From contig NC_081367.1 in assembly GCF_030684315.1 (NCBI RefSeq), positions 56,173,414-56,237,413 on the forward strand: a DNA stretch of 64,000 bases, read 5' to 3'. The position numbers and the translations under genes are program-made. Under the pieces are notes generated by a model. The model saw only the letters and a list, made by a program, of their open reading frames with translations. It was not told where the DNA came from and did not search any database. The DNA comes from Stegostoma tigrinum. Its lineage: Eukaryota. Numbering within the stretch: position 1 is the stretch's first letter; every line of letters begins with the position of its first letter. Below are positions 1-11,942 of this stretch, one piece after another.

Positions 1-778
1 GATGAGCATTTCACTACTTGGAGCTTGTATCACAGGGGCTGTGGCAGCTGTATTCTTAAATTTCATAAATACTCCCATTGTCAAGGCCAACAATTCGGAA
101 CTAAGCTTTCTTCTACTAATCTCATTAATACTGTGCTTTCTGTGCTCCATTGCATTCATTGGACAGCCATCACCATGGTCATGCATGGTGCGGCACACTG
201 TGTTTGGAGTTAGTTTTGCTTTATGTATTTCTTGTCTTCTTAGTAAAACTCTGGTAGTCCTAATGGCATTTAAAGCAACTCTGCCCGGCAGATATATTAT
301 GAAATGGTTCGGACCCAAACAACAAAGGTCAACTGTCTTTTTCTCGACATTGATTCAAATTATAATATGTGTGTTCTGGTTGGTGATCTCTCCCCCAGTC
401 CCAGCTAAAAACACCAAATATCAAAGTGCAAAGATTATCCTTGAATGCGACTTGGGATCTCCAATTGCTTTCTGCTGTGTGTTCGGTTACATTGGGCTCC
501 TGGCTTGTTTTTGTTTAATTTTAGCTTTCTTGGCCCGAGCGTTACCAGACAAATTCAACGAAGCGAAGTTTATAACATTTAGTATGCTTATTTTCTTTGC
601 TGTGTGGTTAACTTTTATCCCTGCTTATGTAAGCACCCATGGGAAATATACAGTGGCCGTGGAAGTGTTTGCAATTTTAACATCGAGCTTTGGGTTGCTT
701 ATCTGCATATTTACTCCAAAATGTTATATTATATTATTAAAACCAGAAGAAAACACAAGAAAACACTTAACCGCCTAA
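1..778 (+). CDS. V2R/OlfC (CaSR-like class C GPCR) gene A, terminal 7TM exon, 5' part outside window
   Basis: Open frame 2..778 with class C 7TM motifs [49 protein letters not shown]; TAA at 776-778. Confidence 0.93.
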   Translation, partial: MSISLLGACITGAVAAVFLNFINTPIVKANNSELSFLLLISLILCFLCSIAFIGQPSPWSCMVRHTVFGVSFALCISCLLSKTLVVLMAFKATLPGRYIMKWFGPKQQRSTVFFSTLIQIIICVFWLVISPPVPAKNTKYQSAKIILECDLGSPIAFCCVFGYIGLLACFCLILAFLARALPDKFNEAKFITFSMLIFFAVWLTFIPAYVSTHGKYTVAVEVFAILTSSFGLLICIFTPKCYIILLKPEENTRKHLTA

Positions 779-937
779 TGAGCCAGTCCTGAGACCAATT
801 AATTCAAAACTCGTAGGCTGCCAAAAGCACCCTCGGAAAGTGGGAATAGATTATGCGGATGTTAAACTTTTAGATGTTACAGGCAGTGAGGTTGCTTGCC
901 TCAGGAATGTCTTGTTTCAGAGAACCCAGGAATGGTA

Positions 938-2820
938 GATAACAATGTGTGGATTTGGATGAACACAGCAGGCCAAGCAGCATCTTCTGAGCACAAGAGC
1001 TGACGTTTCGCGCCTAGACACTTCATTCGAAACGTGGGAAGGGGAGAGGATTCTGAAGTAAATGCGGAGAGAGGGGAAGGCGGCGGGCCGATGGACAGAG
1101 GAGAAGATAGGTGGAGAGGAGACTATAGGAGGCGAGTTAGGGAGGGGATAGGTCAGTCCGGGCAGGACGGACAGGTCAAGGGGGCGGGATGAGGTTAGTA
1201 AGGAGGAAATGGGAGTGCGGCTTGGGTGGGAGGAGGGGATGAGTGAGAGGAAGAACAAGCTAGGGAGGCAGGGACGAACTGGGCTCGTTTTGGTATGCAC
1301 TGAGGGAAGGGGAGGTTTTGAAAGTGGTGAATTCCACATTGATAGCATTGGGCTGTGGGGTGCCCAAGCAAAATATGAGTTGCTGCTCCTGCAACCTACG
1401 GATGGCATCATGATGGCACTGTAGGAGGCCCAGGATGGACATGTCGTCGAAGGAAGGAGAGGGGGAGTTATAATGTTTCGCGACTGGGAGGTGCAGTTGT
1501 TTATTGCGAACCGAGCGTCGGTATTCTGTAAAGCGTTCCCCAAGCGCCTTGGTTTCCCCATTGCAGAGGAAGCCACAATGGGAACAGAGGATGCAGTATA
1601 CCACATTGGCGGATGGGCAGGTGAACATCTGCTTGATGTGGAAAGCCATCTTGGGTCCTCGGATGGGGCTTTGGGAGGCTGTGTGGGTGCAAGTGTAGCA
1701 CTTCCTGCGGTTGCAGGGGAAATTGCCGGATGTGGTGTGTTTGGAAGGGAGTGTGGAACAGACAAGGGAGTCCCGGAGAGAGTGGTCTCTCCGGAAGGCA
1801 GACAAGAGTGGGGATGGAAAAATGTGTGTGGTAGTGGGGTCGGATTGTAGATGGCTGAAGTGTCAGAGGATGATACGTTTTATGTGGAGGTTGGTGGGGT
1901 GGTATGTGAGGACGAGGGGGATTCTGATTGGCTGTTATTGCAGGGGCTGGGTGTGCGGGAAATGCGGGAGACACGGTCGAGGCCGTTCTCGACCACCGTG
2001 GCAGGGAAGTTGCGGTCCTTGAAGAACGCGGACATGTGAGGTGTACGGGAATCGAATGCCTCATCCTGGGAGCAGATGCGGCGGAGGTGAAGGACTTGGG
2101 AATAGGGGATGGAATTTTTGCGGGAAGTTGGGTGGGAGGAGGTGTAATCTGGGTAGCTGTGGGAGTCGGTGGCCTTGCAATGGACATCGGTATCTAGATG
2201 GTTACTTGAGATTGAGGCAGTGAGGTCCAGGAAGGTGAGGGATGTGTTGGAGATGGTCCAGGTGAATTTAAGGTTGTGGTGGAAGGTGTTGGTGAAATGG
2301 GTGAACTGTTTGAGCTCCTCTTGGGAGCACGAGGCAGCGCCCATACAGTCATCAATGTAACGGAGGAAGAGGTGGGGTTTAGGGCCGGTGTAGGTGCGGA
2401 AGAGGGACTGTTCCACGGAACTTACAGTGCATCCCAAAACCAGCCCAGCTCGCCCCCGCCTCCCTAGCCTGTTCTTCCTCTCACCTATCCCCTCCTCCCA
2501 CCCAAGCCGCAATTCCATTTCCTACATACCAACCTCATCCCGCCCCCTTGACGTGTCCGTCCTCCCCTGACTGACCTATCACCTCCCTACCTCCCCACCT
2601 ATAGTCTCCCCTCCACCTGCCTTCTCCTCTATCCATCTTCGGTCCCCCTCCCTCTTCTCCCTGTTTAGTTCAGAATGATCTCCCCATCCCGTTTTCTGAT
2701 GAAGCGTCTAGGCCCGAAACGTCAGCTCTTGCGCTCAGAAGATGCTGCTTGGCCTGCTGTGCTCATCCAGCTCCATATGTTGCTATCTCGGATTCTCCAG
2801 CATCTGCAGTTCCCATTATC
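938..2820 (-). mobile_element. Penelope-like retroelement, Neptune type, 5'-truncated with an inverted terminal copy
   Basis: Minus-strand ORF pieces give RT FLRYIDD...FLDL, Cys linker PCNRRKCYTC and a GIY-YIG-like NVVYCILC..GE; ~2425-2820 is an inverted copy of ~938-1310; absent from the duplicate copy (empty site ~33720-33735); imperfect TSD cc(t)agg(g)aatggta. Confidence 0.9.
2696..2723 (+). ncRNA. Minimal hammerhead ribozyme core in Penelope pLTR
   Basis: CTGATGA-AGCGTCTAGGCCC-GAAAC-GTC; one mismatch in stem II. Confidence 0.65.
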
Positions 2821-3844
2821 TCCTAGGGAATGGTAACTCTGTTATGTTATTGTCACACTTTCCTTACTTTCATGCAAGCACGGTGTATTTTTGACAGGCA
2901 AAACAAACTTAAACTGTCTGGAAAATGAAATTAAACATCGAGGGAGTATCCTCGACAATAATGACGAAGTTCATTTCTCTTTGTTTTGTATCCCCTTCCA
3001 AGAAGACAAACATCTTACCCTGTCGATCCATACAAGAAATTTGTATTTTTGATTGAAGTTGCATCACAATTTTCTCAACTCCCGCAGAATACAATTTATT
3101 TAATATTTCACAATGGAACAATTCATCCAAACCTGAATTAGGTTGATGAACCTTTGTTCCCCTCCCTCTATGGCAAGTTGATCTTTCTGCAGAAAATGTG
3201 GAAAAACTGCACACAAAATTGCAGGTACATTCTCATTAATTTTTCTATACATTGACAGCAAGAAATATTTGTTCCTGTACTAAAACCTTCTTATAATACC
3301 GGTTGATATATTAACTGCTTTCAGAATTTCTTGTCTGTCTGCATGTTAACATTTCATGGTTCACTATGAAGGACAGATAAGTTTGTTTGAAGTTCAACAA
3401 TTTGAGTGACCTTTTTTGGCACGGTGTTCCATGTTCATTTTTTCCCCCTCATTCGTCTCGCATCCTTACACCAAAGAAGCAATTTGATTCGTCCTGGATG
3501 GTGCCAAGCAAATGATAATTGCGAGTTTTCAACCGAAGTCTGTATATTGCCCAGCTCTTCCTACATTTGAACATGGACTATCTTAGCATCTAAGGAGTCA
3601 CTGATGTAATGGTGAAGAGAAGTTCATTGCTGGTGAAGTTTGAAATGGCTGCATCTAAGGCATACACTGAAGGACCCGTTGTAGATGAACTGCAATCGAG
3701 ATGAATGTCTTCCAACAACCACAGCCATTTTAAACCGTGCCAGTCCAACTCCAAATAGAGGGAATTTAGTCCTCTGATTCCCATTTGTTTTGCTAGGGCC
3801 TCTTGATGCCACACTAAGTCCAATGTTCACTTGTTAATAAGAGC

Positions 3845-4400
3845 AGTCACTCTCACCTCACCTCAGCAATTTTGTCCCTTAAAACCAAAGCTATAATGAG
3901 GTCAGGAGCTGAATTGCCTGGTGGAACTCAAACTGAGAGTCAGTGAGCTGGTTGTTTCTGAGCAAGTGCTGACAGATAGCACTGTTGATCATCAACCATA
4001 ACTTTATTGATGACCAACAATGGACTGATGTGAATGTAATTGGCCGAGTTGGATTGATATTTGTGTACTGGCGGTATCTGGGCAATTTTCCACATTATCA
4101 TGTAGATACCAGTGTTGTTGCACTGGCACCGCTTACGATGTGTGCCGCAAGTTCTGCAGCACGAATCTTTGGCATGATTGCCAGAATGTTGTCAGAGCCC
4201 ATATCCCTTGCAGTATCAGGTGCTACCAACCATTTCTGGAATTGAATCGCTGAAGACGCGAGGTGACATTGATCATTCATTTAGCACTCCAAGATGAAGA
4301 TTTTTACAAATGGTTTAGCCTTACTTTTTGGAATAATGTTCTGCGGTCCCCCATTATTGAGGATGGGGATTTGTGAATGTGCCTTCTGCCATGAGTTGTT
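3845..4400 (-). mobile_element. Decayed CR1/L2-group LINE RT fragment
   Basis: Minus-strand translations such as WKIAQI..VHK..DKSN (clearer in the duplicate at ~34790-35350) and APDTAKDMGSDNI resemble RT domains 0-2. Confidence 0.6.
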
Positions 4401-4409
4401 TGATGGTCT

Positions 4410-4760
4410 CCCACAAAAGGGAGGACACAGAAGGTGGCGTGCTGTGTTGTTTATTTTGGACTGGAGGCCCATGACAAGTGGTGTACTACAAGAATAAGTG
4501 GCGGGTCCACTGCTTTTCATCATTTATATAAATGATTTCGATCGTATTTTAGGAAGCCTGGCTAGTAAGTTTGCAGTCAATACCAAACTTAGTCGAGTAG
4601 TGGGCAGTAAAGAAGGTTATCTTAGAATTGAATGGGAACTTAATCAGATGGGCTGAGGAGTGGCCGATCAAGTTTAATTTTGACAAATATGAGATTATAG
4701 AATTAATGATAGGCCCCTGAGGAATATTGCTGAACAAAGAGACATATGGGTGCAGGTACA
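4410..4760 (+). mobile_element. CR1 LINE RT fragment
   Basis: WRPMTSGV.Q..V.GPLLF.IYIND..SKFA-like sequence, degenerate. Confidence 0.65.
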
Positions 4761-6128
4761 GATGATGTCTGGGAGCAGAGTTCTCATCCTGTTCTGGCTG
4801 AAATTTGAATTTAGCTTATTAAAAAAAATGGACTTAGGAGTCTAACAATCGTCCATTTTTGATCATCGGTAAAATCCTCTTCGGTTAACTAACATCAGTG
4901 AAGAAATGACACTGTCAGTCCTGGTAATAGGCGGTTTATATGTAACTCCAGATCAAGTTGTTGCCTCTCAACTCCCCTTAAAAAATACTATGCCATTTAA
5001 TCAACCACGAGAATGGAAAATAGAGCTCAAGTCAATTCGACCACTGGCATCCTCCTAGACACCAGAATACAAAATATTCAAAACAAAAGTCCTCCTTACC
5101 AAAATCTGGGTGCAGCTCAAATGTTAGGACAGCTGTCTAACAGACTAGTCAATCAATAAAATGACACAGTCACATTCTAGGAGTGTTACATTTGAGATGG
5201 TACCACACAGCAGCATCACCATTCCTGGATATTTTCTACCCCATAGGCAGGATGGATCCAGTAGAGGAGGTGGAACACTGGCATACAGTCTGGACAGAAT
5301 TGCTCTGGGTGTCCTCAACATTGACTCGATACCACAAGTTGCATTTGCATCAAGCCAAACAAGGACGGATTTCCTGGTACAGTCCTCCTTCAGCTAATAA
5401 GTGAACGCTCCTCCATGTTGAGTAGTACCTTGAAGGAAGCACACTGAATGGCAGGGGAGAAATGGAAGGAAATTTCAATGTTTACCAAATGTGCTTTGGC
5501 AGCAGTGCTACCAAGACCTTGTTGGTCGGGCCCTGAACTACATGGCTACTAAACTGGGTCTGCAGCAGGTGGTGATGGAATCAATGAGAGGAAAAGCCTA
5601 CTTGGGTTCATCTATCCTCGGGGGATGGCAACGGTGATGTTCAGGGTGAAAGCCAGCGTGGACTGCAGCCTCAATGTGAGGATCTGTATTGTCTGGGCTG
5701 GAAGGACTGTTATTCTGAAGTCTTATCTTCCTATTCTTCGAATTAATTGCTGGGCTCTTTAGTTCATTTTTCCCCCTTAAAATGCATTTCAGTATCTGTA
5801 CCTAAGTACGTTGTTACCTAAGATGGTGCAGTAAGCAGTAACTTGTAAACTTTTTGCAGCACTCATATGACAAAAAAAGCTAATTCAATAATCTGCACAT
5901 TGAGTGATGTAACACTATCATTGTATTAAATGGGAAACACTAATGACAGATCTAGCAACACGTAACTGTACATCCATGAGGCGGTGTGTACCATCAGGAG
6001 CAGCAGGAACATACTCCAACAGAATCTGCACCAGTATGAGCCAACATAGCCACCCTCTCAACCATTTCATTCAAACCAACGTATCAACCTTGGTTCAACT
6101 GAGTGTACAGGAGGGAATGTCAAGAGTA

Positions 6129-6490
6129 GCACCAGGCATACATAAACATGAGGTAGACAAACTGGAGGCTGGAAGAACAAAGGACCTGAAAAAGTTGAAT
6201 ACCCGAGTGGACTTCTCCTTTCCTCCAGATGCTGCCTGGCTTGTTGTGTTCTTTTTAGCCTCCTGTTTGTCTACCTCATGTTAATGTATGCCTGGTGCTT
6301 CATTCATCAGTTTTATGCATAAGGACAAAACAATACGGAGATACTGGAATCCAAGGTAGATAAACTGGAGGCTGGAAGAATAAAGGACCTGAAGAAGGAT
6401 GATACCCTCTCCTTTCCTCCAGACGTTGCCTGGGTTGTTGTGTTCTTTCTCATCTCCTGTTTGTCTACTTTGGATTCCATCTGTTTTTCC
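6129..6490. repeat. Two adjacent short fold-back elements, probably Penelope pLTR-derived
   Basis: Each unit has arms ggtagac/taaactggaggctggaagaa ... ttct...cctgtttgtctac around ctgaa(g/a)aag...ctcc..agatgctgcctgg; duplicated at ~37016-37380. Confidence 0.6.
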
Positions 6491-6733
6491 ATTTTTACGC
6501 CTGTATACATGAACATGGGTGAAGCTCCAAAAGAGAATTATGTGTGTCACAAGTAGGATCAGCATGAAGCAATGGACAGAACTAAGCAATCCCACAACCA
6601 GCAGATCAGGTAGAAGATCTACAGTCTTGCTGAATCCAGTTCTGAATGAGTCACAAAGTTGCAGATTTTATGGCATGAAAATAAACCCTTCAGTCCAACT
6701 CGTCCATGCCAGATAGATATCCTAAACCGATAG

Positions 6734-7596
6734 CAAGTTTTGAGAAGATTTGTGGCTCAGGTTGAGGTACTGGATGTGAGTTTGGTGGCTGAGCTGGAAG
6801 GTTAGTTTTCAGACGCTTCGTCACCATTCTAGATAACATCATCAGTGAGCCTCTGACGAAGTGCCGGTGTTGTGTCCCGCTTTCTATTTATCTGTTTAGG
6901 TTTCCTTGGGTTGGTGATGTCATTTCCTGCGTTGGTGACGTCATTTTATGTTCTTTTTCTCAGAGGATGGTAGATTGGCTCCAAATCAATGTGTTTGATG
7001 GAGTTCCGGTTGGAATGCCATGCTTCTAGGAATTCTCGTGCGTGTCACAGTTTGGTTTGTCCTAGGATGGATGTATCGTCCCAATCAAAGTGGTGTCCTT
7101 CCTCGTGCGTATGTAAGGATACGAGTGATAGTGGGTCTTGTCGTTTTGTGGAAGTTGATGTTCATGTGTCATGTGAAAGCTAGCCAGCAGGATACATGAA
7201 CATCAACTAGCCACAAAACGACATGACCCACTATCACTCGTATCCTTACATACAGAGGAGGAAGGACACCACTTTGATTGGGACAACACCTCCATCCTAG
7301 GACAAGCCAAACAGAGACACGCACGAGAATTCCTAGAAGCATGGCATTCCAACCCGAACTCCATCAACAAACACATTGATTTGGAGCCAATCTACCATCC
7401 TCCAAGAAAAAAAAACAGAAAATGACATCACCAACGCATGAAATGACATCACCATCCCAAGGAAACCTAAACAGATAAATAGAAAGCGGGACATAACACT
7501 GGCGCTTCTCGGAGGCTCACTGATGATGTTACCTAGAATGGTGACGAACCGTCTGAAAACTAACCTTCCAGCTCAGCGAGCAAACTCACATCCAGA
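6734..7596. mobile_element. Penelope-like (Poseidon-type) 3' fragment forming a palindrome with ~400-bp arms
   Basis: Right arm translates KLASRIHEHQLATKRHDPLSLVSLHTEEEGHHFDWDNTSILGQAKQRHAREFLEAWHS (GIY-YIG C-terminus); ~6772-7168 is its reverse complement; TSD tcctaaac(c/t)gat; absent in the duplicate at ~37620. Confidence 0.88.
7520..7553 (+). ncRNA. Hammerhead ribozyme core (GAAA box mutated) in Poseidon-type pLTR
   Basis: CTGATGA-T-GTTACC-TAGAAT-GGTGAC-GAACC-GTC with a 6-bp stem II; mirror copy on minus at 6812-6845. Confidence 0.55.
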
Positions 7597-7639
7597 TCCT
7601 AAACTGATCTAGTCCTATTTGCCGGCCTTTTGCCCCGAT

Positions 7640-7920
7640 CAGTGGCTCAGTTGTTAGCATTGCTGCCTCTCAGTGTCAGGGACTTTGTTCATTCCATCCG
7701 CGGGTGAGAGTCTGTGTGGCGTTTGTACATTCTCCATGTGGTCCGGTTTCCTCACATACTCCAAAGATGTGCAGGCTAGGTGGATTGACCGTGCTAAATT
7801 GCCCTTCGTGTTCAGGGATGGATGAGTTATAGGAGGATGGGCCTGGGCGGTGTTCTCCAAGTGTCAGTGTTGGACTTGTTGGGCCAAAGGGCCTATTTCT
7901 GCGCTGTAGGGATTCTATGA
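7640..7920 (+). mobile_element. tRNA-derived V-SINE (HE1-like)
   Basis: A-box gtggctcagttgttagc, decayed B-box, V-domain tccggtttcctc..ccaaagatgtgcagg..gctaaattgccc, CR1-like tail. Confidence 0.8.
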
Positions 7921-9655
7921 CTTTAAACCTGGTCCACTTATGTACATATCCAGATGCGTTGTAAATGTCATAACTGTACCTGCATCCACCACTTCCTCTG
8001 GCAGCTCATTCCATACGTATAATATCCTCTGTCTGAAAAGTTGTCCGTTAGTTCCCTTTTAAACATCTCCACTCGCACGTTAAACCTGTGCCCTTTGGCT
8101 TCTGACTCTCTTACCCTTGGAAAAAGACCTTGGCTATTCACCATATCTGTGCTCCTCATGATTTTATAAACCTCCACAAAGTTCACTCCTAGCCTCTGAC
8201 ACTCCAGGGAAAAAGAAACCAACCTATGCAACCTCTCCCTATAGCGCAATACATCCAGTCCTGGTAACATCCTTGGAAGTCTTTTCTGAACTCTTTCAAG
8301 GTTATCAACATCTTTCCTGTAGCAGCGAGGCCACAATTGAACAAAGTATTCTGAAAGTGGTCCCACTAATATCCTAAACAGTTGCAATATGACATCCGAA
8401 CTCCTACACTCAATGCACTGACCAATGAAGGAAACCATGCCAAACGTTTTCTTCATTGCCCTGTCTATCTAGGTGCCTGGATTAATAATCCAGCGATAAA
8501 ACAACTAGTAGGTCACCTCCCCTCCCGGACTGCTGCCCGAACACATTTCCTTGTATTCTGCGCTGAAAACAAAACTGAAATTTACATTCGTCTGATACGT
8601 GATAAAACAATCCCTGAAGCTTTCCATTCTTGCTGGTCTTCGAAATTTAATTCCATCCTGCTAAGTGAGAAAATTGTTGGATTTAAGATATTAAGCAAGT
8701 ATAAAGACTTGTGGTTCCATTCAGTTCCGAGTATCAATTTCAGAAACCATCCCAGAGATTGAACTCAACCTGTTCACAAACTCGGTCCATTTTAACGCTG
8801 AAAGTGAATGGGATTTCGCGGATAGTGTGAATAAATTAAAAATAAACGACAAACAATAATCGAATTACGGAATCCCTCCAATGTGGGATCAGGCCATTCG
8901 GCTCATCGCGTTCACATCACCTCTTCGAAGAGTATCCCATTATATTCCAGTAACCTTGCATTTCCCATGGCTAATCCACCTAAACTGGACACTGTAGACT
9001 GTTAGGATTATCAACAGTAACCTCACCAATCAATGAATTTTCGGCAGATCGCATCAACTGGTCGTTTCTAATACTTTCGTATTTCAAGCCCTTCGATATT
9101 GTCTTTTTACACGACAATCTTTTTTAAACAGTCGAGATTAATTTGCCAATCGTATAGACAGACATTTCAAGAGGTTCTGGAATCTCTGTTGAGAATTCAT
9201 ATACTAATTCGAATTCGCAAAATTTAGTTTACAAGGCTAAAACTCTACTTTGGCTGGATCCAGGCCTGGTTCGGACGTGGAGTCGGGTAGGATAAAGAAC
9301 AGACAGTTGTTTTCTACGTTTTCACCGTTGCAAAAAATAAAAAAAAGTAAGCAGCCACGGTAAGAAAGGCTGGTAAATTGCACTTAATAACAGAGGACAG
9401 AAAAGGTCTTCGGCGATAAATATTAATGGCATAAATTATATCCAAACGCTCTTTGCTCCATTCACACGAATTAATAGGATAATCCAATACGTTTTCTCCA
9501 GGGCTACCAAAAAAAAGGCCAATTTTATGCCCAGAGCGGAGATGAGAATTTATTCGAATTAAAGCTTTGCCTACAAATCACATACTGAAAACTTGGGACT
9601 CAAATTTAAGAAGTCGGGTTTAAATTCGTTCTTCACACCACCACAGACATCTTTG

Positions 9656-9821
9656 GAGCCACAAAAGCTGACGTTTCGGGCTTAGACCCTTCATTTTCTC
9701 ATGAAGGGTTCAGGCCGAAACGTCAGCTTTTGTGCTCCCAAGATGCTGTTTGGCCTGCTGTGTTCATCCAGCTCCACACTTTGTTATCTCGGATTCTCCA
9801 GCATCTGCAGTTCCCATTATT
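9656..9821. mobile_element. Miniature Neptune pLTR derivative with two back-to-back broken hammerhead cores
   Basis: cacaaaagctgacgtttcgggcttagacccttcat / atgaagggttcaggccgaaacgtcagcttttgtg inverted pair, followed by the same tail as 2790-2820. Confidence 0.8.
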
Positions 9822-10391
9822 TCAGAATGATTGCTATGTTCTTCCTTTCGAAGTCTGTGTAACTACCAGATCCATTTATATGAGCTTTGTCGAATAATGC
9901 ATGTTGTTTAGAGGAATAATTGCGATTTTGGTGTATCTGCGAAGTATATCAGAAAATACTTGATCGTTTAGTATTCAGTTAATTGTTTGTTTCATTGAAA
10001 TACGTCTTAAACCATATCATGTATCATTCAGCTGGTAATTGGTTTTCATTTCCAGTAATAAGAATTGGATCTAATTTGGAAACTGTGCATCCCTGATTCA
10101 CACTAAAAAAAAGGTGGAAGCAATTGTTCATAACAATACACTGAAACTAATTAAAATTAACACGGCATGTGTAATGAGCTTTCGCCTGGAGCGATGGAAA
10201 ACAAATTACCTAGATGTCAAAGTGTCAAACCAAGTGAGGAATGTATAGCTTTGCGTTGGAAAATCCAAAGCCCTGGAATGATGAAAGCAAAATAGGTTGG
10301 ACGAATGATAATCAGTTGCATCGCCCACTTCTCTTTGTGAATATATAGCTCAAAGACACTGATCATTCCTAAAACGTAAAAAAACGTTTCC

Positions 10392-10615
10392 ATGAGCAAA
10401 ATGCGCCTTCATCCGTTTTGCGTTCTTTTCCTATTTAACTCCATTGAAACTTTGACTTCTAGAGTTGAGCATTTATGCAAAGTTAGAGAGATGTTCATCC
10501 CCGGTGTATTCAAAGACGGAGACATTATTCTGGGTGGTTTATTCTCTTTACATCTAAGAACAGCTGCACCTTATAACTCATTTCAAGACAAACCTTCGCC
10601 AGTACGCTGTCTGCA
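10392..10615 (+). CDS. V2R gene B exon 1 (signal peptide, GDIILGGLF)
   Basis: MSKMRLHPFCVLFLF...KDGDIILGGLFSLH...VRCL; donor gtaagt at 10616. Confidence 0.85.
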
Positions 10616-11171
10616 GTAAGTAATAGGAATTTTCAGTGATCAGTTCAGCATCATTGCGAGTTATTTTGAAATGTCAGTCAAGTTGCGGATGTGTGTAAAA
10701 CTGGAATAAAACTGTTCAAGCGCGGGAACAAACCTTTTAGTGGCTGCAGTCGATGGTATACATATTTACATTATTAGTTTTTTGTTTCGAGATTTTCGAC
10801 AAGAGAGTAAAGAAATACTCACAACAATGCTGGATTTTTTAAAACAAACCTTCAGAGCGCGAAATTCGTCTTGACATTCAAAGAAAGCCCGAGCTGTCAA
10901 ACCAGCAATCTATATTTGTGTTCAGAAGGATGGGCAATTACGCCTTTCGTGTCCGTTCGATTGTTTGTATTAACGAAAAATTGTAAGACAAAACTGATAG
11001 TGGAGCATCAACCGATTTCATCTCTTTGGAATTTTATATCAGCGGAATTCTGTAAAATTTTTTAAAAGAGCTGTAGAGAGATGCATCGTGTCCAAAAACA
11101 TTGCAGAACCTGTTTAATAGTAACATATAAATTCTAACTCTGTCCAGGAGTGTCCTGGGAAAAAAAATGCA

Positions 11172-11942
11172 AGCATGGGTTATTTTCTAAACGGTGAGAA
11201 AATTCATAAAGCAGAAGTACAAAGGGATCTGGGAGTGTTGGTCCAGGATTCTCTCAAGGTTAACTTGCAGGAAGAGTCCGTGATTAAGAAAGCGACTGTA
11301 ATGTTGTCGTTTATCTCAAGAGGGTTAGAATATCAAAACAGTGATGTGCTTCTGAGATTTTATAAAGATCTAGTTAGGCCCCATTTAGAATACTGTGTCC
11401 AATGCTGGGCCCCACACCTCAGGAAGGACGTACTGGCGCTGGAGCGTGTCCAGTTGGGATTCGCACGGATGATCCCTGGAAAGGTAGGTTGAACGTGCAA
11501 TGAACGGTTAAGGATCCTGGGATTGTATTCATTGGAGTTTAGAAGGTTGAGGGGAGATCTAAAAGAAACTTACAAGATAATGTTTGGCGTAGAAAGGGTG
11601 GACGCTGGGAAGTTGTTTCCGTTGGGCGGGGAGACGAGGAACCGTGGACACAGCCTTAGAATTAGAGGGGGTAAATTTAAAACGGAAATGAGGAGACATT
11701 TCTTCAGCCAGAGAGTGGGTGGGCCTGTGGAATTGATTGCCACAGAGCGCAGTGGAGGTCGGGACGTTAAATGTCTTCAAGGCAGAGATTGATAAATTCT
11801 TAATATCACAAGGAATTAACGGCTCCGGGGAGAGTGCAGGGAAGTGGAGTCGAAATGCCCATCAGCCATGATTAAATGGCGGAGTGGACTCGATGGGCCG
11901 AATTGCCTTACTTCCTCTCCAATGTCTAATGTTCTTATGGTC
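11172..11942 (+). mobile_element. CR1 LINE 3' fragment in gene B intron 1
   Basis: QRDLGVLV...LVRPHLEYCVQCWAPHLRKD, YSLEFRRLRGDL...TRNRGHSL; tail gttcttatg. Confidence 0.9.

Larger units (their letters stand above)
6645..8480 (-). mobile_element. CR1 LINE 3' end, interrupted by a Penelope palindrome and a SINE
   Basis: ORF 7968..8456 LVGPLSEYFVQLW..YRKDVDNLERVQKR..MLPGL is the CR1 ORF2 C-terminus; the 3' UTR continues across both insertions. Confidence 0.85.
1..9650 (+). repeat. Segmental duplication copy 1 (paralogous to 32773-~39640)
   Basis: Colinear similarity from the V2R 7TM exon through shared LINE/SINE relics to ...cagacat at ~9650 and ~39638; the copies differ by two Penelope insertions present only here and by small indels. 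Confidence 0.93.

Noticed and set aside
917-2518. Many long overlapping Pro/Ser-rich or Gly-rich ORFs (also 41234-42368)
   Set aside because: Alternative-frame and antisense readings of C-rich Penelope sequence; not independent genes.
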